A stretch of DNA of 64,000 nt from an uncultured delta proteobacterium (GCA_963782055.1 CAWAIF010000003.1:160001-224000), one strand, 5' to 3'. Counted from the stretch's first letter, positions 40,146-49,945 are shown. Made by a program: numbers and translations. Notes: generated from the letters alone by a model not told the origin.

Positions 40146-41348
40146 ATGGCCAAGGCCGCCTCCGTGACCCGCAAGGCGACGCTCCGCAAGGACTTCGAGC
40201 GCGCAAAGAACGTGCATCCTACAGGTATCACCGGGAAGGAGCGCCCCGCCGACATCATCGGCAACATGTTCCCGGCGTACGTGGGCCGCCAGGAGCGCAC
40301 CGCCTACGACCTGATGCGCCGCAGCGCGCGGGAAGACTGCTGCGTCTTCCTCGCGTTCTCCGGCGCGATGACACCGGCGGGCCTCCACCAGTCGTGCCTC
40401 ATCCCGCTGCTGGAGCGCGGCCTGGTGGACGTCATCACCACCACCGGCGCCAACCTCTACCACGACGCGCATCGCATCATCGGCCACCGCATCCGCGAGA
40501 TCGAGCCGAACGCCGGCGACCTTCAGTACCGCCTCGCGCGCATCATTCGGATCTACGACCTGGGCTTCTGGGAGGAGACGCTCCTGGAGACCGACCGCCT
40601 CTTCTCGGCCATCCTGCGCAAGCCGGAGTTCCAGAAGCGCATGACCACGCCGGAGCTGCACTACCTGCTCGGCAAGAACCTGGCGGCGATCGAGGAGGCG
40701 CTGGGCGTGACCAGCCCGTCGCTCCTCTCCACCGCGTACCGCTTCGGCGTCCCCATCTTCGTCGGCGCGGTGCAGGACGGCTCCATCTTCCTCAACATCG
40801 TGAAGCTGAAGCGTCTGCTGGGGAAGGAGTTCAAGCTGGAGATCGACGTCAACGACGACGTCTTCGAGATGGGGGCGATGCAGCACCACTGCTTCGGCAC
40901 CCTCAAGAAGAAGATGGCGGTGTGGATCCTCGGCGGCGGCGTGCCGAAGAACTACACGCTGCAGGGCGAGCCGCTCCTCGACCAGATCCTGGGCGTGCCG
41001 ACGCACGGCTTCGACATCGATCTTCAGCTGTGCGTCGACCCCGTGGACAACGGCGCGCTGTCGTCGTGTCCGGCGGGCGAGGGCCACACCTGGGGCAAGG
41101 TCTCGGCCGAGAGCGTGGCCACCGGCTCGGTGTACGTCCACACCGACGTGACGGCCGTCTTCCCCTGGCTCACCTACGCGCTGCTCTCCGACTCGCGCGT
41201 GCACAAGAAGCCGCGCCGCCTCTACGACGCGCGCGCCGCCGCCCTGGCCGCGCTCCAGAAAGAGGTCGACAAGCGCAAGAAGAAGCTCCGCGCCACCATC
41301 GACTACCCGCTCCCCAGGCCGACCCGCGCCAAGGCCGCGAGGCGATGA
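40146..41348 (+). CDS. deoxyhypusine synthase-like protein
   Basis: SGAMTPAG, TTGANLYHD, RIYD, GGGVPKN, GALS..EGHTWGK (catalytic Lys retained). Confidence 0.92.
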   Translation: MAKAASVTRKATLRKDFERAKNVHPTGITGKERPADIIGNMFPAYVGRQERTAYDLMRRSAREDCCVFLAFSGAMTPAGLHQSCLIPLLERGLVDVITTTGANLYHDAHRIIGHRIREIEPNAGDLQYRLARIIRIYDLGFWEETLLETDRLFSAILRKPEFQKRMTTPELHYLLGKNLAAIEEALGVTSPSLLSTAYRFGVPIFVGAVQDGSIFLNIVKLKRLLGKEFKLEIDVNDDVFEMGAMQHHCFGTLKKKMAVWILGGGVPKNYTLQGEPLLDQILGVPTHGFDIDLQLCVDPVDNGALSSCPAGEGHTWGKVSAESVATGSVYVHTDVTAVFPWLTYALLSDSRVHKKPRRLYDARAAALAALQKEVDKRKKKLRATIDYPLPRPTRAKAARR

Positions 41349-42722
41349 CGTCCGGCCGGCCGCAGGCCGAAGGCGGGGCGCTCCCGCGGCCGGCGAGGCC
41401 GGCGCCGCAGCCGCAGCCGCCGGGCTCGCTGCGCGAGCGTACCGTCGCCCAGTGCGTGGAGGCCATCCGCGCGCGCAACGTGGACCTGCGCGCGGTGCTG
41501 CACGTCCTGCCCCAGCCGGACGACCCGGGCACGGGGGGCGCGCTCGCCGGCGTGCCCTTCGTGCTCAAGGACGTGTGGGACACCGCCGGCATCCCCACCA
41601 CCGGCGGGTCGTGGCGCCACCGCGATCGCGTCCCGCGCGAGTCCAGCCGCGTCCACCTGGCGCTGCGCGGCACCGGCGCGGTGCTGCTCGGCAAGAGCAA
41701 CCTGGCCGACATGGCCTTCTCCATCGAGAGCGACAACCACCTGCTCGGCTCGGTGCGCAACCCGCACGATCTCTCCCGCACCGCGGGCGGGAGCACCGGC
41801 GGCGGCGCGTGCGCAGTCGCCGCGGGCATGGCGAGCTTCGAGTGGGGCACCGACTTCGGCGGATTCCATCCGGCTGCCCGCCGCCTTCTGCGGCGTGGTG
41901 GGGCTGCGCCTCTCGGCGGAGACGTGGTCGGTCGATCGCGAGCACTTCCCGCGCCTCGCGCCGCGCTTCTGGTCCTTCTGCGGCATGGGCCCGCTGACGC
42001 GATCGGTCGCCGGCGCGCGGGAGGTGGTCGACGCGCTCGCGCCGGCCCTCCGGCAGAAGGATCCCCGCCCGGAGATCGACCCCGACCGCGTCCTCCTCTA
42101 CGCGCCCGACGCCGCGCACCGCGGCGTGTGGCCTTCCTTCGAGGCGGACGCCCTGTCGCTGCTCGAGCACGCGGGGGTACGCGTCGACCGCGCCCACGCG
42201 CTGCCGCCGCCCGGGCAGGTCTCGGCCGTCTTCGACCGCTACCTCTGCGCGCACTTCCTGGACTTCATCGGCCAGGAGGAGCTCGCGCTGGGCGAAGGCG
42301 TGCTCGCCGCGCTCGCCGGCCTCCTCACGCGCGGCAAGCTGGACAAGCGCATTCACCCGGCGAGCGGCGCCCTCTTCGCGATCGCCGGCGCGGGCCGTCT
42401 CGTGTACCGCGACGCCGACCGCCAGACACGTGCGCTGGAGCGACTGCGCGAGTCGGTCCGCGACGTGTGGCGGTCCGGCCGGCTCATCGTGGCGCCCACC
42501 ACGACGTCCCTCCCGCCCCGGCACGGGCGCGCGGTGCTCGCGCTGCGCGCCCCCACCTTCGCGAAGCTGGGGAACCTCGTGGACGCCACGGCGCTGGCGC
42601 TGCCCTTCGGGCGTTTCGCCGGGACCGCGCTGCCGCGCTCCCTCCAGATCGTCGGCCCGCCGGGCTCCGAGCGCGAGGTGCTCGACCTCGCCGCGCGGCT
42701 GGAGCGCGAGGCGCGGTCCTGA
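41345..42722 (+). pseudogene. amidase-signature family enzyme split by a +1 frameshift at about 41864 (possibly a sequencing artefact)
   Basis: GVPFVLKD, GKSN, AGGSTGG, GTDFGG then SIRLPAAFCGVVG in the next frame; one extra T in ggaTtcc. Confidence 0.85.
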
Positions 42723-42730
42723 CCCAGGCC

Positions 42731-43141
42731 TCAGTCCTCGATCGCCGCGCCGCCGAGGAGCTGGAAGACCCCCATCGCCGACTCCGGGCTGTCGTACTCG
42801 AAGGCGAGCCCGGCGCGCCCCGGAACGTGCGGCCGCGGCGGCACCCACCACGCCACGCGCGCGGGCACCACCAGCGGATCCCACCGGTCGGGAGTGATGA
42901 AGGCGAGGCGCACCGAGTCCCCCTTCGCCGCCGTCACCCGGCTCTCGCTCAGCCGCTCCGGAAGCTCCACGCACGCGCCGCCCAGCCCCAGGTTCAGCAC
43001 GCCCAGGTCCGCCTCCCACCCCGCCTCGGCATGAATGAGCGTCGCCGCGAGCCGGACACGTCGCCGCGCGTGGGCGCGGAAGCGAGGCCCCTCGGCCGGC
43101 TCCGTGCAATCGGACCGGGCGGTGTCTTCGCTCTCCATCAT
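42731..43141 (-). CDS. PilZ domain protein
   Basis: RAHAR (RxxxR), NLGLGGACV, ARVAW, GLAF. Confidence 0.8.
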   Translation of the reverse strand: MMESEDTARSDCTEPAEGPRFRAHARRRVRLAATLIHAEAGWEADLGVLNLGLGGACVELPERLSESRVTAAKGDSVRLAFITPDRWDPLVVPARVAWWVPPRPHVPGRAGLAFEYDSPESAMGVFQLLGGAAIED

Positions 43142-43326
43142 GGACCCGGCCGCGAACCGTAACACGGGCGGGCTCCCAGCAGACCCCCGCCCGCAACCCC
43201 CCGAAACCCGCCGAAATCGAGGGCCGGGGGCAGGTCGTGAAATGTACGGTCCAGTTGGCCATTTCCTGCCGCGAAGGGTTAGGATGGCCCGGTGACTCGA
43301 CCTGGTTTCGGCCCCGAGGCGATGGA

Positions 43327-44868
43327 ATGACCCAAGACACGCGCAAGGACCCCCGCGCCAAGATCGTGAGCCTGAACGTCCGCTACAAGAGCGCGACGGT
43401 CGACGAGTTCATCGAGAACCACTCGCACGATGTCAGCAAGGGCGGTGTCTTCATCAAGACCAACACCCCCTTCGCGGCAGGCACGCTCCTGAAGTTCGAG
43501 ATTCGCCTCGCGGCGGACCAGCCGGTGATCGCAGGCGTTGGCCGCGTGGTGTGGAAGCGCGAGCCGCCGCAGGCCGCTGGCCCCGAGCGGCCGGCAGGCA
43601 TGGGCGTGAAGTTCATCAAGGTGGACGACAACTCCCGTCAGATCATCAATCGGCTGGTCGGCGAGAAGTCCGACGCCGGGAGCGCCTACCTCTCGGAGAG
43701 CGATGGCAGCACGGGAACGAGTGTCCCGCCCGCCGCGGAGAAGCCCGCCGCGGAGAAGCCCGCCGCCGCCGCCAGCAGCCCGCCCGCCGCCAAGCCCGCC
43801 TTCACGGTGAAGAAGACCATGATGGGCCTGGGCGCCACACCCGGCCCGCGCACCATGACCCAGACGGGTCTGGGCAAGACGGTGCCGCCGGCCAAGAAGG
43901 AAGAAGGCGGCTTCTTCCCGAAGACCGAGTCCGAAAAGGAGATGCCGCCGCCGCAGGAGCGGACGGTGATGAAGCAGGCCGCGGAGCTGCTGGAGGAGGC
44001 CCTGAAGGAGGCTGGCGGCTCCATGGAGGAGATCGGCCCGGTCGACAAGGCCGCCCCCGCGGAGAAGCCCGCCGAGCCCGAGAAGACGGAGGAAGAGAAG
44101 AAGGCGGTCGAGGAGCTCGGCCGCGCGGCGACGGTCGAGGCCGCTCCGGTTGCCGTCAAGGCGGAGGCGAAGACCGAAGAGGCCGAGGCCGGAAAACCGG
44201 AAGAGAAGGCCGACGAGAAGAAGGCCGACGAAGAGAAGGCCGACGAGAAGAAGGCCGACGAGAAGAAGCCCACGGCCAAGGCGGAGCAGCCGAAGCCGGC
44301 CAGCGCCCGGCCGCAGCAGCCGGAGCGCTCGCTGAGCGCCGAGCTGGGGAGCAAGCCCTCGCAGGAGAAGAAGGGCAACGGGGCGCTCATCGGCTTCCTT
44401 GCGCTCGTCGCGGTCGTCGCCGCCGTCTTCGTCGCCTACCGCGCCGGGCTGTTCGGGCAGAAGCCCTTGCCTCCCCCGCCGCAGCCCACGGCGACTGCCA
44501 GCGAGTCCGCCACCGAGACGACGACCGCCAGCGCGTCGGCCACCGAGACAGCTTCCGCCGCGGAGTCCGCGTCGGCGGCGGAGTCGGCGTCCGCGGCCGA
44601 GTCGGCCTCCGCCGCGCCCAGCGCGACGGTCCCCCCCGCGGCGACGACCGCGATCGTCGCGCACCCCACGGCGACGGCGCATCCGACGGCGACGGCGCAT
44701 CCGACGGCGACGGCGCATCCGACGGCCACGGCGCATCCGACGGCCACGGCCACCACCACGGCCACCGCCACGGCCACGGCCAAGCCCACCGCGACCGCGA
44801 CCGCCACCGCCAAGCCGACGGCCACGGCGAAGCCCACCGCCACCGCGCCCGACGACAACCCGTACTGA
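43327..44868 (+). CDS. TIGR02266-type PilZ protein with low-complexity linker, TM and Pro/Thr tail
   Basis: RKDPR, DVSKGGVFI, GRVVW, GMGVKF; TM ALIGFLALVAVVAAVFV; AHPTAT repeats. Confidence 0.9.
   Translation: MTQDTRKDPRAKIVSLNVRYKSATVDEFIENHSHDVSKGGVFIKTNTPFAAGTLLKFEIRLAADQPVIAGVGRVVWKREPPQAAGPERPAGMGVKFIKVDDNSRQIINRLVGEKSDAGSAYLSESDGSTGTSVPPAAEKPAAEKPAAAASSPPAAKPAFTVKKTMMGLGATPGPRTMTQTGLGKTVPPAKKEEGGFFPKTESEKEMPPPQERTVMKQAAELLEEALKEAGGSMEEIGPVDKAAPAEKPAEPEKTEEEKKAVEELGRAATVEAAPVAVKAEAKTEEAEAGKPEEKADEKKADEEKADEKKADEKKPTAKAEQPKPASARPQQPERSLSAELGSKPSQEKKGNGALIGFLALVAVVAAVFVAYRAGLFGQKPLPPPPQPTATASESATETTTASASATETASAAESASAAESASAAESASAAPSATVPPAATTAIVAHPTATAHPTATAHPTATAHPTATAHPTATATTTATATATAKPTATATATAKPTATAKPTATAPDDNPY
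44659..44750 (+). repeat. in-frame 18-bp tandem repeat (AHPTAT x5)
   Basis: gcgcatccgacggcgacg units. Confidence 0.85.
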
Positions 44869-44957
44869 TCGGACGGACGCGTGCGGGCCGCCGCCCGCGT
44901 CAGCCTCGCCCTGTCGCTCCGTCGGTCGGGTGGACCGGAGATCCCAGCCCGAGCGGC

Positions 44958-44985
44958 TTGCCTTTGCGCCCCGCTTGGGTAGCTT
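44958..44985 (+). promoter_or_regulatory. putative sigma70 promoter of tRNA-Gln
   Basis: TTGCCT-N16-TAGCTT, 11 bp before the tRNA. Confidence 0.5.
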
Positions 44986-44996
44986 CTGGGCGTTTC

Positions 44997-45070
44997 TCGG
45001 GCGTCGTCTAATGGCAGGACAGAGGATTTTGATTCCTCGAATCGGGGTTCGAATCCCTGCGCCCGAACCA
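44997..45070 (+). tRNA. tRNA-Gln (anticodon TTG)
   Basis: Acceptor stem TCGGGCG/CGCCCGA; anticodon arm GAGGA-ttTTGat-TCCTC; GTTCGAATC T-arm; encoded CCA. Confidence 0.97.
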
Positions 45071-45213
45071 GGCTCCCGCGCTCGCCGGCGCTGCCGCAGG
45101 CCCTCTGCGAGCTACGACTAACCAAAATGACGACTGTCACCCCCGCAAGACTGAACAGATGCCCCCGCAATTTTTTTTGCGCTGACAGATGAACAGTCTC
45201 TAGACTCGCGCGC

Positions 45214-45642
45214 ATGTCCACACTGCACCAGCAACTCGAAGCGCTCGCGAGCGCGTTCGCCCATGACGTCATCGCCGCCCTGCGCGGCGCCTCCCTCGAG
45301 GAGATCCTCGGTGAGCAGTCCGCCGAGCATCGCGCCGCCGCGCACGTGGCCACCCCGCGTCCCGCGCGTCGTGCGTCGGGCCGCGCCCGCCCGGCGAGCG
45401 CCAGGGGGAAGAAGAAGGTCTCCGGCCGGCTTCATCGTCGCTCGCCCGCGCAGATCAACGGCGTCGTCACCCAGATCGTCTCGCTCCTCAAGGGCAAGAA
45501 GGCGGGCATGCGCGCCGAGCAGATCCAGGCGGCGCTGCATCTGCACCGCAAGGAGATGCCCAAGCCCATCGCCGTGGCGCTCTCCAAGAAGCTCATCCGC
45601 CGGAAGGGCGAGAAGCGCGCGACGACGTACTACGCCGCCTGA
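45214..45642 (+). CDS. small basic putative DNA-binding protein
   Basis: N-terminal amphipathic helix, R/K-rich linker, C-terminal winged-helix-like GMRAEQI...GEKRATTYY; TTGCGC-N18-TAGACT upstream. Confidence 0.75.
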   Translation: MSTLHQQLEALASAFAHDVIAALRGASLEEILGEQSAEHRAAAHVATPRPARRASGRARPASARGKKKVSGRLHRRSPAQINGVVTQIVSLLKGKKAGMRAEQIQAALHLHRKEMPKPIAVALSKKLIRRKGEKRATTYYAA

Positions 45643-45698
45643 GCTCGCCACGGGCCGTCGCGTCCCGCCTCTGGCACGAGGAATGAATGAGCTGCAGC

Positions 45699-46433
45699 AT
45701 GCCTCACATCCTCTTCGTGGACGACGACCCCACGTCGCGCTCGGTGGTGGCTGAGGCGCTGGCGCGGCCGCAGCGGACCATCGAGGTCGCCGCGCACGGC
45801 GAGGAAGCCCTGGCGTCCGTGGCCCGGCACCGGCCGGACCTGGTCATCACCGACATCGTCATGCCACGCATGAACGGCTGGGTCCTCGTGCGCCGATTGC
45901 GCACGAGCGCGGCGACTGCGTTCGTCCCGGTGATCCTGGTCAGCTCGCTCGCCGACGCGGAGGATCGCATCCGCGGCTTCCGTCTGGGCGCGGACGACTA
46001 CCTGACCAAGCCGGTCAACCTGGAGGAGCTGGAGCTGCGCGTGGAGAACGCGCTGCACCACGCGCGCTCGCGCCCGACGACGAACCCCCTGCAGGGCGTG
46101 GGGCTCGCCGGCGACCTGCGCCAGTTCGGCGTGGCCACGTTGCTCACGGTGCTGGACATGGAGCGCAAGAGCGGCGTGCTCGTGCTGGAGAGGGAGGCGG
46201 AGAGCGCCAGGCTGGTGATGCAGGAAGGACGCGTGGTGAGCGCGCACTTCAACAAACGCGACGAGCCCGCCGGCCCCTCGTGCGTCTACGAGCTGCTCGA
46301 CTGGTCGGGCGGTCGCTTCACCTTCTCCGAGGAACGCGTCGAGTGCTCCGACGAGATGGGCGTGACGACCGCCTCGCTGCTCCTCGAGGGCGCGCGGCGG
46401 ATGGACGAGCTGATCCGCGTGGAGATGGACTGA
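45699..46433 (+). CDS. response regulator REC plus DUF4388
   Basis: ILFVDDD, ITDIVMPRMNG, GADDYLTKP; LAGDL..LLTVLDMERKSGVL. Confidence 0.9.
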   Translation: MPHILFVDDDPTSRSVVAEALARPQRTIEVAAHGEEALASVARHRPDLVITDIVMPRMNGWVLVRRLRTSAATAFVPVILVSSLADAEDRIRGFRLGADDYLTKPVNLEELELRVENALHHARSRPTTNPLQGVGLAGDLRQFGVATLLTVLDMERKSGVLVLEREAESARLVMQEGRVVSAHFNKRDEPAGPSCVYELLDWSGGRFTFSEERVECSDEMGVTTASLLLEGARRMDELIRVEMD

Positions 46434-46697
46434 GGACGACGGGAAGCCCAAGAAAACAAGACCCCGCCCGGCGGCCTTCGCGGGGCGGCGCCGGGCAGGG
46501 CCCATCCGGTGTCGCGCAGAAGGGGCTTTCCCGCGTCACCGGCAAAGACGAATGTCCACTACTTGCGAGTCGGATGCAAGGACCTCGATCTACACCCTAG
46601 GGAGTAGAAGCGCCCTCGCCCCCGCCGTCTCCGCCTCTCTTCGGTCCCGCTGGGCCGGGCTGGCCCGCACGCCCCGGCTGCACTACGGTCCCACCCG

Positions 46698-47249
46698 GTG
46701 AGACAGGTCAAGGGCGCCCTCTTCGTCGACTACGTCCGCATGCTTCGCGGGCGAAAGGACGTGGACTGGGCACGGCACCTCACCCCGCGGGACCTGCGCT
46801 ACCTGGGCGAGCGCATCGGCATGGGCGACTGGTACCCGATGGAGACCTTCGAGCGCATGGGCCTCGGCATCCTCGCCGAGATCGCCGAGGGCGACGTGGA
46901 GCGCGTGCGCTTCTGGGGCCGCGCCTCCATCGACTGGCTGGTGCAGGTGTACGCCAACCTCATCGCGCCAGGCGACCCCCGCGAGACGCTCATGCGCTTC
47001 CAGGTGCTGCGCCGCGGCTTCTTCGACTACCCCGCGGTGGAGATCGTCGAGGTGACCGACGCTCACGCGAGCATCGAGGTGACGTACGGCATGGGGCCGA
47101 AGGCGGAGCAGGCGGCGTCGTACCAGACGCTCGGCTTCTTCGAGCGTCTGGTGGAGGTGGCGGGCGCCACCTCCGTCGACGCCGGCTTCACCGCCCGCTC
47201 GTGGGCGGGCGACGCCACCACGATGATCGGCCTTCGCTGGACGATGTGA
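46698..47249 (+). CDS. hypothetical protein, myxobacterial DUF2378/V4R-like
   Basis: VKG..WYP..G..GFFERLVEVAGA..CRW-like pattern of this family; coding-type codon bias. Confidence 0.6.
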   Translation: MRQVKGALFVDYVRMLRGRKDVDWARHLTPRDLRYLGERIGMGDWYPMETFERMGLGILAEIAEGDVERVRFWGRASIDWLVQVYANLIAPGDPRETLMRFQVLRRGFFDYPAVEIVEVTDAHASIEVTYGMGPKAEQAASYQTLGFFERLVEVAGATSVDAGFTARSWAGDATTMIGLRWTM

Positions 47250-47258
47250 GCCGCCCCG

Positions 47259-47672
47259 TCAGGCGACGCGCGCGGTGGTCCCGGCGATGACCGTCCGCAG
47301 CTCGTCGAGGGCGATGGGCTTCTTGAAGACCGCGGCGGCCCCGAAGCGCCTCGCCCGCGGGGCGAGGTTCTGGTCGCGGGGCCGGGTCATCACGACGAAC
47401 GGCAGACGCCACTGGTAGCGCTGCAGGGCGAGCAGCACCGAGAGGCCGGCGAAGCCAGGCATCCGCGCGTCCGCCACCACCAGATCGGGGCGCGATTCCG
47501 GCGCCTCGACGGTGTCGCCGAGGAGGTCGAGCAGCTCGGCACCGTCGCAGACCTCGACGACGCCGTGGCCGTCGCGTCTGAGCTCCCGCGCGAGCCGCGC
47601 CCGAAGGTCGTGCTCGTCGTCGGCAAGGAAGATGGTCCTCCTACTGGATGCGCAGTCCTGGCTCATGGTCAT
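47259..47672 (-). CDS. single-domain response regulator
   Basis: IFLADDE, VVADARMPG, FKKP. Confidence 0.88.
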   Translation of the reverse strand: MTMSQDCASSRRTIFLADDEHDLRARLARELRRDGHGVVEVCDGAELLDLLGDTVEAPESRPDLVVADARMPGFAGLSVLLALQRYQWRLPFVVMTRPRDQNLAPRARRFGAAAVFKKPIALDELRTVIAGTTARVA

Positions 47673-47709
47673 GGGTTCCCTCCGGGCCTCTGGGTGAGGA
47701 GAGGTGAAG

Positions 47710-47726
47710 AGCAGGGCGCATGCCAG
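47710..47726 (-). promoter_or_regulatory. sigma54-type promoter
   Basis: - strand CTGGCATGCGCCCTGCT = GG-N10-GC, about 38 bp upstream of the response regulator start. Confidence 0.6.
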
Positions 47727-47844
47727 CGCGCCACCTTTGCAGGTTGCGGATATCCGGTGGAGTTCTTGCGGAAGGTCGGGGTCTTTCGCCACGAGCGAGG
47801 CGATGCAGCGGCGGGATGGGGCAGTGGAAAGCTGCGGGAGATCT

Positions 47845-47878
47845 TGTGGAAAAGGTTGTGGAAAACCGCCGTGGAGAA
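47845..47878. repeat. phased 9-mer repeats resembling DnaA boxes
   Basis: TGTGGAAAA at 47845 and 47857, CGTGGAGAA at 47870. Confidence 0.55.
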
Positions 47879-47948
47879 CCTGGCGCTGAACGGAGAGCAG
47901 CGCCGACCGGGAGCAAGCTGACGGTCGACGCGGCGCGCGGGCAGGGCC

Positions 47949-49244
47949 TCAGAAGTAGACCTTCAGGTCCACGTGATAGACGAAGGGGTACAGCCCGAAC
48001 TCGCTGGGCGTGCTGACCGTCGCCGATGCCGGATCGACCGTGGGCGTCGCGCCGATGGGCAGGAAGGCCCCGGCAATCAGCAGGGCGTTGCTCGCCACGT
48101 CGTAGCGGACCTGCGGCGCGAGCAGCGCGCTCGGGTCCTGCAGGTTCATCAGCGCGGCAAGGCCCACGTGCACGAGGGCGTGCGGCTGCCAGTCGACGAC
48201 CGCCCCGGTGTAGTAGCGGCCGACGTCGTACTCCTCGCCGGTCGCGAAGCGCGGGCTCTGGAGCTCGTCCAGGTAGTCGCTGGAGTCCGGCGCGCCGCTG
48301 CCGTTGTAGTAGGCCTCCACCGTGGCGTGCAGGTTGTTGCGCAGCTCGAAGGTGCTGCCGAGCACCGCCCGTACGAAGGCGTCCTGGCCGTAGCGCCGCC
48401 GCTCCGCCTGCGGCACGTAGGTGACCGTCGCCGCGCCGTGCAGGTCCACGCCGTGGCCCAGGTCGTAGAAGCCGTCCACGCCGCCGACCACGTCCTGCCG
48501 CACGTAGCCGCCCATCGCGCCGACGCGCGCGCTGCCGAAGGCGAGCTCCAGCCGCGCGAGCTCGGCCGAGCCGGCGGCGTCGGCGTGAAGATCGTGCGCG
48601 CCGGCGCTGTTGCCGAGCACGCCGAGCATCGTGAGCGTCGCCCCCGAGCCGAGCCGCAGGTCGGAGCGCAGGGCATCGACGCCGGGCTTGAACTCGGTGT
48701 CGATCTGGATGGGCGAGAAGGGCGCGAGCAGGTCCATCGGCGTCCAGAGCACGCCCCGACCGATCGTGATCGGCTGCCGGCCGAGGGTGATCTGCGCCGG
48801 GCCGAAGGAGTAGCGCGCCCAGAGCCAGTCGACCCGGTCGTGCACGATCACGCGGGAGGTGGTGGCGAGGTCGGCCTGGAGGGGGAGCCACACCGCCGCC
48901 TGCTTGCCCTGGCCGAGCGCGAGCGGCCCCGCGGCCTGGTCCAGCGGCAGGGAGCTCAGGCTGGTGGTGAGCTCGTCGTGGATGACGAGGCGGAAGTGCT
49001 CGCTCGCCGTCCAGTCCAGCTTCGCCCGCAGCGCGAGGAGGGAGGTGGCGGCCGGGTTCTCGTCGGGGGGCGTCAGCGCGGTGTCCAGCAGGCCGCCGTG
49101 CATCAGGTAGTCGAAGGAGCGCGCGGTGCCGCCGATGTCGAGCGACTTGCCCGCCAGCGGGTCCTCGCTCACGACCACGGCGCGCGCAGGCGCCGCCAGG
49201 AGCATCGTCGCGCCGAGCACGGCGGCGAGCGCAGGCCGATTCAC
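47949..49244 (-). CDS. outer membrane beta-barrel protein
   Basis: Signal peptide; LGRQPITIG..WTPMD..KPGVDAL; C-terminal DLKVYF. Confidence 0.8.
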   Translation of the reverse strand: MNRPALAAVLGATMLLAAPARAVVVSEDPLAGKSLDIGGTARSFDYLMHGGLLDTALTPPDENPAATSLLALRAKLDWTASEHFRLVIHDELTTSLSSLPLDQAAGPLALGQGKQAAVWLPLQADLATTSRVIVHDRVDWLWARYSFGPAQITLGRQPITIGRGVLWTPMDLLAPFSPIQIDTEFKPGVDALRSDLRLGSGATLTMLGVLGNSAGAHDLHADAAGSAELARLELAFGSARVGAMGGYVRQDVVGGVDGFYDLGHGVDLHGAATVTYVPQAERRRYGQDAFVRAVLGSTFELRNNLHATVEAYYNGSGAPDSSDYLDELQSPRFATGEEYDVGRYYTGAVVDWQPHALVHVGLAALMNLQDPSALLAPQVRYDVASNALLIAGAFLPIGATPTVDPASATVSTPSEFGLYPFVYHVDLKVYF

Positions 49245-49945
49245 GCGGCGCCTCGCTCCTCGTCGATGCGGCCGTCGACGAGGTAGATCACCCGCCGCGC
49301 GCGCTCGATGACCTTCGGGTCGTGGGAGCTGAAGAGGAACGTGACGCGCTTGTCGCGGTTGAGCGCCGCCATCTGGTCGAGGAGCGCCTCGCCGGTGTGC
49401 GAGTCCAGGTTGGCCGTGGGCTCGTCGGCGAGCACCAGTCTGGGCGACGCGGCGATGGCCCTCGCCACCGCGACGCGCTGCTGCTGGCCCCCGCTCAGCT
49501 CCGCCGGGCGGCGGCCCATGAGGTCACCCAGACCGACGGCGCGCAGCATCTCCGCGGCGCGGTCGTGGCACTCCGCCCGGCCCTTGCCCTGGAGCTCCAG
49601 CACCAGCTCGGCGTTCTCCAGCGCGGAGAGCACGGGCAAGAGGTTGTACGCCTGGAAGACGAAGCCGATCTCGGTGCGGCGGAAGCGCGCGAGCGCGGCC
49701 GGCGACATGCGCTCCAGGTCGTGCCCGCCCACGCGGAGGCTGCCCGACGTGGGGCGGTCCAGCGCGCCGATGAGGTTGAGCAGCGTGGTCTTGCCCGACC
49801 CGGACGGACCGGCGAGCACGGTGAACTCGCCCTCCTCGACGGTCAGGTCGATGCCGGCGAGCGCCACCACGTCGACCTTTCCTTGCCGGTAGACCTTCCG
49901 CAGATCGCGGGCCACAAGGACGTTGTCGTTGCTCGATTCAGACAT
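49241..49945 (-). CDS. ABC transporter ATP-binding protein (LolD/MacB-like)
   Basis: GPSGSGKT, LSGGQQQR, LADEPTANLD. Confidence 0.97.
   Translation of the reverse strand: MSESSNDNVLVARDLRKVYRQGKVDVVALAGIDLTVEEGEFTVLAGPSGSGKTTLLNLIGALDRPTSGSLRVGGHDLERMSPAALARFRRTEIGFVFQAYNLLPVLSALENAELVLELQGKGRAECHDRAAEMLRAVGLGDLMGRRPAELSGGQQQRVAVARAIAASPRLVLADEPTANLDSHTGEALLDQMAALNRDKRVTFLFSSHDPKVIERARRVIYLVDGRIDEERGAA

Noticed and set aside
44200..44850. Tandem repeats that might suggest a CRISPR array or VNTR element
   Set aside because: In-frame low-complexity coding repeats with no unique spacers; no cas genes
47823..47880. Chromosomal origin of replication
   Set aside because: No dnaA, dnaN, gyrB or parAB context and no AT-rich unwinding element; kept only as a box-cluster finding
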